Below are positions 21,379 through 31,145 of a stretch of DNA of 64,000 nt, piece by piece (positions within the stretch are counted from its first letter, which is position 1; the number at the start of each line of letters is the position of its first letter). Made by a program: the position numbers and the translations under genes. Under the pieces are notes generated by a model that worked only from the letters and a program-made list of their open reading frames with translations, was not told where the DNA came from and ran no database searches. The DNA is from an uncultured Acidobacteriota bacterium (GTDB lineage Bacteria > Acidobacteriota > Vicinamibacteria > Vicinamibacterales > 2-12-FULL-66-21): the NCBI GenBank assembly GCA_963797625.1, contig CAWCQI010000016.1, positions 15,128 through 79,127 of the forward strand. Direction: 5' to 3'.

Positions 21379-23154
21379 TTAGCGGGGCCAGTCCGCCGCG
21401 ACGAAGAGGTGGTGCGCCTCGCCAAAGTCCCTCGCAGCGGGCGTCACGATGGTCCGTTCGCCGATGACCAGCTTGCGACCCTGGCGTAACGCCTGACGCA
21501 CGTCGTCCTCGCAAACAAAATCCAGGGGCTTGGAGACCGGCTGGCTGGCAGAAACGGGTGCGTCAATCCGTCCGGCCGGAGCCGGCGGCGGTGGAGCGTT
21601 TTCGCCTTTCACCGGGGCCGACGGGCTAACGCCGGGCGCCGTGTAGCCTCTCGAGGCGAGGAATTCGTCGATCCGCCTGGCCAACGGACCCGCGGCGATG
21701 CCCGCCGGAAGCGCGGGCGCTACCGGCGCCTTGGGCAACCGGGGCGCCTCTGCCGGCGGCGTGGACGATGCCGAACGGGTGGCCGAGACCGGCGTGACTT
21801 CATAGGCCAGCCGCTTGATGTTCAGCAAGTGTCGCGGCGAGATGTTGTCCGACGTGATGTTGCCGCCGAAGCCGCCGCAGCCGAGCGTCATCGCGGGCTC
21901 GAGTCCGGTCGACAGCCCGATCGATCCGTGCGTCGTCGGCGTGTTGACGACGATGCGGAACGCCGGTTTCTTGAGACCAAACTGCAGGATGACCTCGTCA
22001 TTTCGCGAGTGGATGGACATGGTGTGGCCCATCCCGCCGTAGCGGAGGATTTGCTTGCAGCGTTCGCAGCCTTCGCGCCAATCAGCAACCACGTAAAACG
22101 ACAGGACAGGGCACAGCTTCTCGATCGACAGGGGATAGTCGCGTCCAACGCCCGCCAGTTCGGCGATGAGCACGCGGGTCGTCGGCGAAACGGTGATCCC
22201 GGCTTGCTGGGCGATGTAGGTGGCAGGACGTCCGACGAGCGCGGGATTGGGAAGGCGCTGCGGGCTGACGAGCACGCGTCCAACCGCCTCGATCTCCGCC
22301 GCGCTCAGAAAGTGCGCGCCGTTGGCGACAAACTGGCGCTTGACCTCTTCGACGAGCGGGGCATCGACGACGACAGAGTTCTCGGACGAGCAGAGCACGC
22401 CGTTGTCGAACGTCTTGCCCGTCACGATGTCGCGAACGGCCTTGACGACATCCGCCGATCGCTCGATGTAGGCGGGCGCATTGCCCGGACCGACGCCGTA
22501 GGCTGGCTTGCCGGCGCTGTACGCCGCGCGGACGAGCCCCATGCCGCCAGTCGCCAGGATGACGGCCGTCTCGCGCGCTTTCATCAGTTCCTGCGTGCCT
22601 TCGATCGTCACCGTCGACATCCAGCTGATTGCCCCGTCAGGCGCGCCCGCCTTTCGCGCGGCCTCGTTCATCACTTCCGCAACGCGCGAGATGCAGCGCA
22701 CAGCGGCGGGGTGCGGGCTGATGACGATCGAGCAGCGCGCCTTCAGGGAGATCAGGATTTTGTAGATCGCGGTTGACGTCGGATTCGTCGAGGGCACGAT
22801 CGCCGCGACGACGCCGAACGGCTCCGCGATCTCGATGACCTTTCGATCTTCGAGTCTCTGGACGACGCCGACAGTCTTCATCGGGCGGATGAAGCGATGG
22901 ACCTTGTCCGACGCAAAGAGATTCTTCTGGACTTTATCGGCGACGACGCCGTAGCCGGTTTCCTCGTGCGCCAGCCGGGCGAGGGGCTCGGCCTGTGACG
23001 TCGCGGCCTGCGCCATCGCGTCGACGATTGCGTCAATCTGTTCCTGGGAGAACTCGGCGAGGAGTCCCGCGGCTTCCTTGGCTCGACGCGCAAGCGTGCG
23101 CGCTTCATGAATCGAGGCGAGGTCGCGATCGGTCTGGGCCGTGGTCTGCGCCAT
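21379..23154 (-). CDS. CoA-acylating aldehyde dehydrogenase (EutE/PduP/AdhE-N type) with a C-terminal extension of about 135 aa
   Basis: 591 aa. Catalytic region FDNGVLCSSENSVVVD and the family-typical LGCGGFGGNITSDNISPRHLLNIK. A Pro/Ala-rich tail follows, containing GPLARRIDEFLASRGY and the terminal module DFVCEDDVRQALRQGRKLVIGERTIVTPAARDFGE. Confidence 0.85.
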   Translation of the reverse strand: MAQTTAQTDRDLASIHEARTLARRAKEAAGLLAEFSQEQIDAIVDAMAQAATSQAEPLARLAHEETGYGVVADKVQKNLFASDKVHRFIRPMKTVGVVQRLEDRKVIEIAEPFGVVAAIVPSTNPTSTAIYKILISLKARCSIVISPHPAAVRCISRVAEVMNEAARKAGAPDGAISWMSTVTIEGTQELMKARETAVILATGGMGLVRAAYSAGKPAYGVGPGNAPAYIERSADVVKAVRDIVTGKTFDNGVLCSSENSVVVDAPLVEEVKRQFVANGAHFLSAAEIEAVGRVLVSPQRLPNPALVGRPATYIAQQAGITVSPTTRVLIAELAGVGRDYPLSIEKLCPVLSFYVVADWREGCERCKQILRYGGMGHTMSIHSRNDEVILQFGLKKPAFRIVVNTPTTHGSIGLSTGLEPAMTLGCGGFGGNITSDNISPRHLLNIKRLAYEVTPVSATRSASSTPPAEAPRLPKAPVAPALPAGIAAGPLARRIDEFLASRGYTAPGVSPSAPVKGENAPPPPAPAGRIDAPVSASQPVSKPLDFVCEDDVRQALRQGRKLVIGERTIVTPAARDFGEAHHLFVAADWPR

Positions 23155-23184
23155 GCGGGACCCGAAGAGGACGAAGAAGGCGAA

Positions 23185-23475
23185 CTACGACGCCTTGGCG
23201 TCCTTTACCTTTGGCAGGATCTTTTCGACTTCGACGTGCGGCCGCGGAATCACGTGCACCGACACGAGCTCGCCCACGCGTCGCGCCGCTGCCGCGCCAG
23301 CGTCGGTCGCCGCCTTGACGGCGCCGACGTCGCCTCGAACCAGGACCGTCACGTATCCGGCGCCGATATATTCCTTGCCGACCAGAACGACGTTGGCCGC
23401 CTTGACCATCGCGTCGGCCGCTTCGATCGAGCCGATGAGACCCTTGGTTTCGACCATTCCTAGCGCTTCTGACAT
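23185..23475 (-). CDS. Bacterial microcompartment shell protein, BMC-H (Pfam00936, PduA/EutM/CcmK type)
   Basis: 96 aa from ATG 23475: [80 protein letters not shown]. This is a canonical single-domain BMC fold signature. The gene lies 30 nt upstream of the aldehyde dehydrogenase on the same strand. Confidence 0.9.
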   Translation of the reverse strand: MSEALGMVETKGLIGSIEAADAMVKAANVVLVGKEYIGAGYVTVLVRGDVGAVKAATDAGAAAARRVGELVSVHVIPRPHVEVEKILPKVKDAKAS

Positions 23476-23595
23476 TGGTGTCCTATTCCACCGAACCCCG
23501 AACGAAATCCGAACCGCTGCGCAGGCTAACATATTGCGGTACCTCGAACAACTGCAGTACCATCACGTCTCGATTGATTTGTGGAATCGTTGTTT

Positions 23596-24459
23596 ATGCA
23601 CAGTCGTCTGAGCGTTGTCGTCTGCGCCGTCGTCGCTTTGGCCGCCGCCACGGGCTGTAGCCGTCAACAGGAAAGCGCTCCCTGCGTGGCCACGCCCTCG
23701 GTCACCCTCGAACGCGATCGCGCCGCGATTGGCAGCCCACTGAAAGTGACCTACAAGTTCGATGTGGCGCAGAACGCCGCCATTCCTCAGGACTATGTCG
23801 TGTTCGTCCACGTGCTCGACGATCAGGGCGAGCGACTCTGGGGTGACGACCATCCACCGGTCCCACCGACATCGAAGTGGCAGTCGGGGCAGAAAGTGGA
23901 GTACACGCGGACGGTGTTCATTCCGAACTACCCGTACATTGGTCCGGCGCATGTCCGGATCGGCTTGTATTCGCCGTCAGCCAGTCAGCGGCTTCCGTTG
24001 TGCGCAAGCGACGTCGCCCGCCGTGAATACGAAGTCGCGAAGTTTCAGCTGCTCCCGCAATCTGAAAATATCTTCCTCATTTACAAGGACGGGTGGCACC
24101 CAGCCGAGGTGTCGTCGGACGACCCGACCAACGAATGGCAGTGGACCAAGAAGGCAGCCACCATCTCTTTCAGGAATCCAAAGAAGGATTCGACCTTTTA
24201 CCTGCAGTACGACGCTCGCATCGACAAGTTCGGCGCGCCGCAGCAGGTGGTCGTTCGTTCTGGTGATCAGACAATCGGGACCTTTGCCGCCGATTCCAAG
24301 GAGCCCAAGCTCGTCGTGCTGCCAATCAGCGCCGCCCAGCTGGGCAGCGGAGACATGGCCGAGTTGACGCTCGACGTCGATCAGACCTTCGCACCCGGTG
24401 GCGGCGACGTCAGGGATCTTGGCATCCGGGTCTTCCACGCGTTCATCGAGCCCAAGTAG
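23596..24459 (+). CDS. Lipoprotein of unknown function
   Basis: 287 aa from ATG 23596. Signal peptide plus lipobox (VVALAAATGC). I recognise no catalytic motif. Confidence 0.6.
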   Translation: MHSRLSVVVCAVVALAAATGCSRQQESAPCVATPSVTLERDRAAIGSPLKVTYKFDVAQNAAIPQDYVVFVHVLDDQGERLWGDDHPPVPPTSKWQSGQKVEYTRTVFIPNYPYIGPAHVRIGLYSPSASQRLPLCASDVARREYEVAKFQLLPQSENIFLIYKDGWHPAEVSSDDPTNEWQWTKKAATISFRNPKKDSTFYLQYDARIDKFGAPQQVVVRSGDQTIGTFAADSKEPKLVVLPISAAQLGSGDMAELTLDVDQTFAPGGGDVRDLGIRVFHAFIEPK

Positions 24460-24576
24460 CTTCAATTCAGGCCGGGCCACCGGTCCGCCGTGAACGAGCA
24501 ATTCACGGTCGAATCGTGCCAAACTGTAGTGATTCTGGACACAGCCGCGCGCGCAGTGGTAGGATCACGCCTTCCG

Positions 24577-25248
24577 ATGACAAAGCGATTTCTCACAGCG
24601 GCGGCGGTCCTGCTTGTGCTCGCCGCCGGGGTCGTAGGACGCTCGCGCCGAAATCGTGTTCCTGACGTCCGGACGGTCGGTTTCGGTCAAGGGGCACCGC
24701 CTCGACGGCGATCGCATCATCCTCTCGCTCCGCACCGGCGGCGAAGTGGCCTGCGACCGCACGCTTGTCGACAAGATCGTGCCCGATGAAGTGCCGTACC
24801 CGAGCCCGCGCCGATCACCGTCCCCGAAAAGAACGAAGAGGATCAGGCGCCAGCCGGCGGAGGGCTTTTGCCGGCGACCCCTTACAGCGAAATCATCTCG
24901 GCGCTGTCGCAGGCCCACGGCGTGGATCCGCTGCTCGTCAGCGCTCTCATCCAGGTCGAGTCGAACTATCAGGCTCGGGCTCGATCGCGCAAGGGCGCGA
25001 TGGGGCTGATGCAGCTGATGCCGTCGACGGCGCGCAACTACAAGGTCAGGAACCCGTTCGATCCTCGGGCGAACATCGAAGCCGGAATCAAGCACCTGAA
25101 GTCGCTCATCGATCGGTTTGGCGTCGAGTTGGGCCTGGCGGCGTACAACGCAGGGGAGGGGGCCGTGACGAAGTTCAACGGTATTCCGCCTTACCGCGAG
25201 ACGCGCAACTACGTAGCCCGCATCCTCTCGCTCGCCAGCGGCCGGTAG
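24577..25248 (+). CDS. Soluble lytic transglycosylase (SLT domain) protein with two compensating frame breaks (near 24650 and 24800)
   Basis: The signal anchor MTKRFLTAAAVLLVLAAGVV (frame 1), the middle segment IVFLTSGRSVSVKGHRLDGDRIILSLRTGGEVACDRTLVDKIVPDEVPYP (frame 2) and the SLT core LIQVESNYQARARSRKGAMGLMQLMPSTA..AAYNAGEGAV (frame 1, ORF 24868..25248) together reconstruct one protein. Confidence 0.8.
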
Positions 25249-25302
25249 CCGGCCGAAACCCTGATAGTTTTCCCGGCCGACCGGCTGGTTCCCCTGTCTA
25301 AT

Positions 25303-25324
25303 CCGAGGGGAGGCGTCCCCTCGG
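25303..25324 (+). terminator. GC-rich stem-loop CCGAGGGGA-ggcg-TCCCCTCGG downstream of the SLT gene
   Basis: 9-bp perfect stem with no clear U-tract. The same CCGAGGG..CCCTCGG hairpin type recurs at 52056-52077. Confidence 0.4.
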
Positions 25325-25453
25325 GCGCCTTCGCGCTGGTATATAATCCGCCGAGGCGATCGGCCGATAATGTCCACACTGACAAGAGCTTGCGTCCGAG
25401 ACGTCGGTCGGGTCCCAGCCCGGTCCCATAGTTTCGTGGGTGGATGAGTAGGC

Positions 25454-26663
25454 ATGGAATTCCGCTGCAGGCTCGGCACCCCAGGCGGGGAAATCATCGA
25501 AGGCGTCTACGTCGCCGACAGCGAAGACCGGCTGCGCCGTGAATTCGAGGAGAAAGGTCTGTACGTCCTGGCGATTCAGCGCGCCGGACGGATGGCGCTT
25601 GGATCGCTAGCTCTTCCGACGCGATCTCGAATCAAGACCCGCGAGTTCCTGGTCTTCAATCAGGAACTGGCCACGCTGCTCAAAGCCGGCATGCCGCTGG
25701 TGCAATCGCTCGACATCCTCCGCAAGCGCGTCAGCAACGTCTTCTTCAAATCGGTCCTGAACGACGTCTACGACCGTGTGCGCGCGGGCAGCTCGCTCTC
25801 AGAATCGTTCGAAGCTCACGGGTCGCTCTTTCCCGGCGTCTACACCGCGTCGCTTCTCGCCGGCGAGAAGAGCGGCAATCTCGAGCAGGTCATCCGCCGT
25901 TACGTGGCCTACGTAAAGGTAGTGGAGGGCGTCCGTCGCAAGGTGATCTCGGCGCTCATCTACCCGGCCGTCCTCCTCACGCTGTCGCTGATTGTCGTCG
26001 GGATTCTGGTGCTGCGGGTCGTGCCGCAATTTGGTGGCTACTACGAGCAGTTCGGTAGCGAGCTGCCGCTCTCGACGCGCGATGATTGTGGCGATCTCGA
26101 CCTACGCGACCACCTATCTGGGCGCGGTCGTGCTGGCAGCGGCGGCGATCGCCGCAGCCGTATGGCTGTGGCTCCAGCGGCCAGGTCATCGCGAACGGGT
26201 CGACCGCTGGATGCTCAGTGTGCCGCTGCTCGGAGGGGTCGCGAGAAAGTTTGCGACCTCGCAGGCGTCGCGGACACTGGCGACGCTGCTTGGCGGCGGT
26301 ATTCCCCTGGTGAATGCGATCGACGTCGCGGCGCGCTCGATCAAGAACCGGTACATGGCGCGGGAACTGCAGACGGCCGCACAGCAGGTGCGCGAGGGCC
26401 GGGCGCTCGCGGCGGCGATGACCGATAGCGGGGCATTTCCTGACGTCGCGCTGAAGATGGTCGACGTCGGTGAGCAGACGGGCGCGTTGCAGGAAATGCT
26501 CAACAGCCTGTCGGATTTCTACGACGAGGAAATCGAGACGAATCTCGACCGTTTCGTCACGTTGGTAGAGCCTATTCTCCTGATCATCATGGGCATCGTC
26601 ATCGCCGGGCTGCTGCTGGCGCTCTACATGCCGCTGTTCAACTTGTCGAACGCGTTGCGGTGA
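25454..26663 (+). CDS. pilC: Type IV pilus / T2SS platform protein (PilC/GspF family), one apparent 1-nt insertion near 26080
   Basis: The first GspF repeat is in ORF 25454..26428 and the second in ORF 25992..26663 (SQASRTLATLLGGGIPLVNAIDV, VDVGEQTGALQEML, LYMPLFNL). The junction ELPLSTR|MIVAISTY is restored by deleting one base. Confidence 0.88.
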
Positions 26664-26758
26664 TGCGAGGCCTTTCCAGAATCCGCGAGTCTGTATGAAC
26701 GGCAAAACTGCGACGACTGCGAACAGCCCCGCGACCGGACCCCGATCTCTATGTCGGC

Positions 26759-28363
26759 GTGCCTGAGGCGAGCGCCGCGGAGCGGGCGGCGGAAACTGCG
26801 CTTGCCGAGCGGCTGGCCGAGCGCTACCGGCTCGAGTTCGTCGACCTGGCTCACTACAACCTCGACCACGATCTCTTCCGGACCATTCCCGCCGACCTGA
26901 TGCTGCGGTATGGCTTCGTGCCGTCGCATCGCGACGGCAACACGCTCGTGATCGTGGTGTCGGATCCCACCGACCTGCCGATGATCGACGAGTTGGCGGT
27001 GCTGCTGGCCACGCCGATCCGGGTCACGGTGGGCACGCCGTCGGCGATTCAGTCGATCCTCAAGAAGAGCGAAAGCTCGACGCGCGTGCTGGAAGAGGCG
27101 ACCGAGAGCTTCCAGCTGCAACTGCTCCGCGAGGACGAAGCAGGCGACGAGCAACTGACCGTCGACAAGCTGACGGCAGACTCCAGTCCGGTCATCCGCC
27201 TCGTCGACACGACGATCTATACCGCCATTCAGCGCCGGGCGAGCGACATCCACATCGAGACCGGCGACGATGCGGTGCACGTGAAATACCGGATCGACGG
27301 CGTGCTGCAGGCCGCGATGCGGCCGATCGATCGACGTTTTCACAGCACGATCATCTCGCGCGTGAAGGTCATGGCGGAGCTCGACATCGCCGAGAAGCGC
27401 GTCCCTCAGGACGGCCGCTTCAAGCTGCGTCTGCCGGGCAAGACCATCGACTTCCGCGTGTCGATCATGCCGAGCGTTCACGGCGAGGACGCAGTCATCC
27501 GTATCCTCGACAAGGAGTCGATCAGCGAGCAGTTCCACGAACTGCGTCTCGACATCCTCGGGTTCCCTGAATTGGAGCTGAAGCGCTTCCGGAAGTACAT
27601 CGCCGAACCGTATGGCATGGTGCTCGTCACCGGCCCGACCGGCAGCGGCAAGACGACGACGCTCTACGCGGCCCTCTCTGAGATCAAGACGATCGAAGAC
27701 AAGATCGTGACGATCGAGGATCCGGTCGAGTACCAGCTCCGCGGGATCACGCAGATTCCGATCAACGAGAAGAAGGGCCTGACGTTCGCGCGCGGCCTGC
27801 GCTCGATTCTGCGCCACGATCCCGACAAGATCATGGTCGGCGAAATCCGCGACCCCGAGACGGCGCAGATTGCCATCCAGTCGGCGTTGACCGGCCACCT
27901 GGTGTTTACGACGGTCCACGCCAACAACGTGCTCGACGTGCTCGGCCGGTTCCTCAACATGGGCGTCGAGGCGTATCAGTTCGTGTCGGCGCTCAACTGC
28001 GTGCTCGCGCAGCGGCTGGTGCGAAACATCTGCACACACTGCAAGCGGCCGGCGAAGGTGACGCGGGCGCTGCTCGAGGAGTCGGCGCTCGATCCGGCCC
28101 TCGAGCACAGCGGCGTGTTCTACGAGGGGGCCGGCTGCATCGAGTGCGGCGGCACCGGCTTCAAGGGGCGGACGGCGATCTGCGAGCTGCTCGACCTGTC
28201 GGACCACATCCGCGAGATGATTCTCGACCGGCGGCCGACGTCGGAAATCAAGAAGGCCGCGCGGGATGAAGGGATGCGGTTTCTCCGCGAGTCGGCGGTG
28301 GAGCGAGTGCTCAACGGCACGACCACGCTGCGCGAAATCAACAAGGTCACCTTCGTCGAATGA
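26759..28363 (+). CDS. pilB: Type IV filament assembly ATPase (GspE/PilB family)
   Basis: 534 aa. T2SSE_N-type N-terminal domain, Walker A GPTGSGKTTTLYA, Asp/His boxes and the tetracysteine motif CTHCKRP..CIECGGTG. Confidence 0.92.
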   Translation: MPEASAAERAAETALAERLAERYRLEFVDLAHYNLDHDLFRTIPADLMLRYGFVPSHRDGNTLVIVVSDPTDLPMIDELAVLLATPIRVTVGTPSAIQSILKKSESSTRVLEEATESFQLQLLREDEAGDEQLTVDKLTADSSPVIRLVDTTIYTAIQRRASDIHIETGDDAVHVKYRIDGVLQAAMRPIDRRFHSTIISRVKVMAELDIAEKRVPQDGRFKLRLPGKTIDFRVSIMPSVHGEDAVIRILDKESISEQFHELRLDILGFPELELKRFRKYIAEPYGMVLVTGPTGSGKTTTLYAALSEIKTIEDKIVTIEDPVEYQLRGITQIPINEKKGLTFARGLRSILRHDPDKIMVGEIRDPETAQIAIQSALTGHLVFTTVHANNVLDVLGRFLNMGVEAYQFVSALNCVLAQRLVRNICTHCKRPAKVTRALLEESALDPALEHSGVFYEGAGCIECGGTGFKGRTAICELLDLSDHIREMILDRRPTSEIKKAARDEGMRFLRESAVERVLNGTTTLREINKVTFVE

Positions 28364-29373
28364 GCACCGATCCCGTCGTTCGCACGCGCACGAACCCTGG
28401 CGCCCGGTGGCTGGCGAGTCCGCCCCCGTCGGTGTCGGTGGAAATTGCGCAGAGCCACGTCACGGTCCTGGCGCTGTCTGAATCCGGCAGCGAGCGCGTG
28501 ATTTCCGGCTACGCCGTCGAACCGCTGCCGGCCGGCGTCGTGACGGCGGCGCTGAACGCTCCGAACGTCCACGACCACGCGGCGCTCGTTGCCACGCTCA
28601 AGACCGCGCTCCAGAAAGTCGCCGCGCGCGCCCGCCGCGTCGCGCTGGTCGTTCCCGACACGTCAGCGAAGGTGTCGCTGATCAGATTCGAGAAAGTGCC
28701 GGCACGGGCGCAAGATCTCGACCAGCTGATTCACTGGCAGGTCCGCAAGACGGCGCCCTTTCGTGTCGAGGACGCCCAGGTCTCCTGGATCCCGGGGATC
28801 GCCATCGACGGCGGCGGTCGCGAGTTCGTCGTCTCGATGGCGCGCCGTGACGTCATTCAGAGTCTGGAGAATGCGTGCGCGGCCGCGGGCGTGCATGCGG
28901 GCCTGGTCGATATCGCCAGCTTCAGCCTGATCAACGCGCAGCTGGCCGCGACCGGCACATCTGGCGGGGACTGGTTGCTGGTCCATGTCGGCGCCGACTA
29001 CGTGACGCTCGCCGTCGTGCGCGGCGGCGACCTCGTCTTCTATCGCAATCGGGCGTTGGGCGCCGAGAGCGACCTCACCGACCTCGTCCACCAGACGGCG
29101 ATGTACCACGAGGATCGGCTCGGCGGTGGCGGGTTCTCGCGAGTCGTGCTGGCCGGCGCGTCGATGGCCGGCGCCGATCAGGCGGAGCGGCTCCGTCGCG
29201 GCATCGAGCAGCGCGTCGGTGGACGGGTCGAACTCGTGGACGTGAGAGCCGCCGCGACGATGAGAGATCGCATCGGCGCGAGCGCGAGCCTTCTCGACGC
29301 GCTCGCCGCGCCGGTCGGCGTCTTGCTCCGCGAGCGCCCAGTGGCGCCGTCTTCCGCTGGGCAGGTGGCGTAA
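28360..29373 (+). CDS. pilM: Type IV pilus assembly protein PilM (actin-like ATPase fold)
   Basis: 337 aa. The start overlaps the pilB stop (ATGA). Length, position and sequence are typical of PilM, and pilN/pilO follow. Confidence 0.85.
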   Translation: MSTDPVVRTRTNPGARWLASPPPSVSVEIAQSHVTVLALSESGSERVISGYAVEPLPAGVVTAALNAPNVHDHAALVATLKTALQKVAARARRVALVVPDTSAKVSLIRFEKVPARAQDLDQLIHWQVRKTAPFRVEDAQVSWIPGIAIDGGGREFVVSMARRDVIQSLENACAAAGVHAGLVDIASFSLINAQLAATGTSGGDWLLVHVGADYVTLAVVRGGDLVFYRNRALGAESDLTDLVHQTAMYHEDRLGGGGFSRVVLAGASMAGADQAERLRRGIEQRVGGRVELVDVRAAATMRDRIGASASLLDALAAPVGVLLRERPVAPSSAGQVA

Positions 29374-29996
29374 TGCTGCGGACCAACCTGTCGACGCGTC
29401 CGTTCTACAACGAGCGCGCCGTGCACGTCGCGCTCGGCCTCGCGGCGCTCGTCGTGCTCGCGCTGACCGTCGTCAACCTGGTCGAAGTCGTACGCCTCTC
29501 ACGGCAGAACACCGGGCTCGCCGCGCGCATCCGCGACGATCGGTCGGCGGCCGACGACCTCAGCCGAAGAGCCCGCCAGATCCGCCAGGGCATCGACCAG
29601 AACGAGTTGAAGGTGGTCGTCGCAGCCGCGCAGGAAGCCAATGCGCTGATCGACGGGCGGACGTTTTCCTGGACGGCGCTTTTCAATCAGCTCGAATCAA
29701 CGCTGCCGCCAGAGGTCATGCTTGCGTCGGTCAGGCCGAAGATCGACGACGGCGCGACGACGATCACGATGATCGTCCTCGGGCGGCGCACCTCCGACCT
29801 CGACGAGTTCATGGAAAAACTCGAGGCCACGGGCGCGTTCGAGAATGTGCTGCCGCTCCAGCAGAACCTCAACGACGACGGCCTGACGCAGGTGACGATT
29901 GAGGCGCTATATGTTCCCGAGGCGCCGCCGGCCGCCACGACGGCACCGGCCCCGCCCGCGAAGGCGGCCGCGGCTGGCGCGGGAGGCGCCCGATGA
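29373..29996 (+). CDS. pilN: Type IV pilus assembly protein PilN
   Basis: 207 aa from the ATG overlapping the pilM TAA. N-terminal LRTNLSTRPFYNER motif, a single TM segment and a coiled coil. It lies inside ORF-track entry 28875..29996. Confidence 0.8.
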   Translation: MLRTNLSTRPFYNERAVHVALGLAALVVLALTVVNLVEVVRLSRQNTGLAARIRDDRSAADDLSRRARQIRQGIDQNELKVVVAAAQEANALIDGRTFSWTALFNQLESTLPPEVMLASVRPKIDDGATTITMIVLGRRTSDLDEFMEKLEATGAFENVLPLQQNLNDDGLTQVTIEALYVPEAPPAATTAPAPPAKAAAAGAGGAR

Positions 29997-30568
29997 CGAT
30001 CTTCCGTCGGGTGCTGGCGGAGAAGCGCGGGCTCATCTATCCGCTGATCGGCGCGGTCCTTCTCAACGCCGCCGTCTTCATTGCCGTGGTCTATCCGCTG
30101 TCGCTCAAGGTTGCCAACGGCGAGCGCGACGCGCAGGCCGCCTCGCGCGCGCGGGCAACCGCGCAGGCGGAGTTCGATCGGGCGCGCGCCACGGTCAGCG
30201 GCAAAGCCTCGGCCGACGCCGAGTTGAAGAAGTTTTACAGCGCGGTGCTGCCACCCGACCAGAGCGCGGCGCGGCGAATCATCTATGGGAAGATCGACAA
30301 GCTCGCGTCCACGGCCAGCGTCAAGCCCGGACAGGAGACGTTCGCGCCGTCGCAGGAGCGGGGAAGCCAGCTCGGCAAGTTGACCGCGACCGTCGTGCTG
30401 ATGGGCGAATATCGCAACATCCGTCGGTTCATCCACGATCTGGAAACAGCGCCGGAGTTTCTGATTCTCGAGAACGTCGCGCTGTCGCAAACCTCGGAGC
30501 GCGACCGTGGTTTGACCGTCGTCGTCAAGGTCGCCACGTACTTCCGGATCGGAAACGATGGAAACTGA
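29993..30568 (+). CDS. pilO: Type IV pilus assembly protein PilO
   Basis: 191 aa with an ATGA overlap with pilN. One TM segment, a coiled coil, then a ferredoxin-like C-terminal part. The call rests on synteny as well. Confidence 0.75.
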   Translation: MTIFRRVLAEKRGLIYPLIGAVLLNAAVFIAVVYPLSLKVANGERDAQAASRARATAQAEFDRARATVSGKASADAELKKFYSAVLPPDQSAARRIIYGKIDKLASTASVKPGQETFAPSQERGSQLGKLTATVVLMGEYRNIRRFIHDLETAPEFLILENVALSQTSERDRGLTVVVKVATYFRIGNDGN

Positions 30569-31145
30569 GACGCCGGCCGGCGGGCGACGCGCGCGCGGTT
30601 GGCTGCTCGGCGTGCTGGGTGTGGCGCTCGTGGCGCTCGTGGCGTACCAGATGTGGCCGGACAACTCGGCCGCGCTGCCGGTCCCGGCGTCCAATCGGAG
30701 GGCGCCTGCGGGCAGAGCCAGCGCCGCCGCACGCGAGGAACTGGATCCGGCCGAGCTGAAGGTCAGGCTGGAGGCGCTGGAGGCGAAGCGGCCCGACTTC
30801 GACGCGGGCGATCGGAACCCGTTCCGGTTTCAGCCGCCGCCGGCGCCGCCGCCACCGAAGCTGCCGCCGGTTCAGGAGCCGGTCGTGCCAGTCGGACCAC
30901 CGTCGCCGCCACCGCCGCCGCCGATTCCGCCGATTACGCTGAAGTTCATGGGCACGGTGGAGCGGCCCGGGTTACTGCTGGCGGCGTTGACCGATTGCAA
31001 GGGATTCTCGTACGCGGCACGGGAAGGTGAAATCGTCGATGGCCGGTACCGGCTGGTCAAGGTCGGTCTCGAGTCGGTGATTCTGGAATATTCCAACGGC
31101 ACGGGCCGAACCACCGTCCGAAAGAGTGGAGACTGCCCGAAGTAG
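30558..31145 (+). CDS. PilP-like pilus assembly protein (TM anchor, Pro-rich linker, beta-domain)
   Basis: 195 aa. N-terminal TM segment, PPPAPPPPKLPPVQEPVVPVGPPSPPPPPPIPP linker and a C-terminal ITLKFMGTV..AREGEIVDGRYRLVKVGLESVILEY domain. It sits between pilO and the secretin. Confidence 0.65.
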   Translation: METETPAGGRRARGWLLGVLGVALVALVAYQMWPDNSAALPVPASNRRAPAGRASAAAREELDPAELKVRLEALEAKRPDFDAGDRNPFRFQPPPAPPPPKLPPVQEPVVPVGPPSPPPPPPIPPITLKFMGTVERPGLLLAALTDCKGFSYAAREGEIVDGRYRLVKVGLESVILEYSNGTGRTTVRKSGDCPK

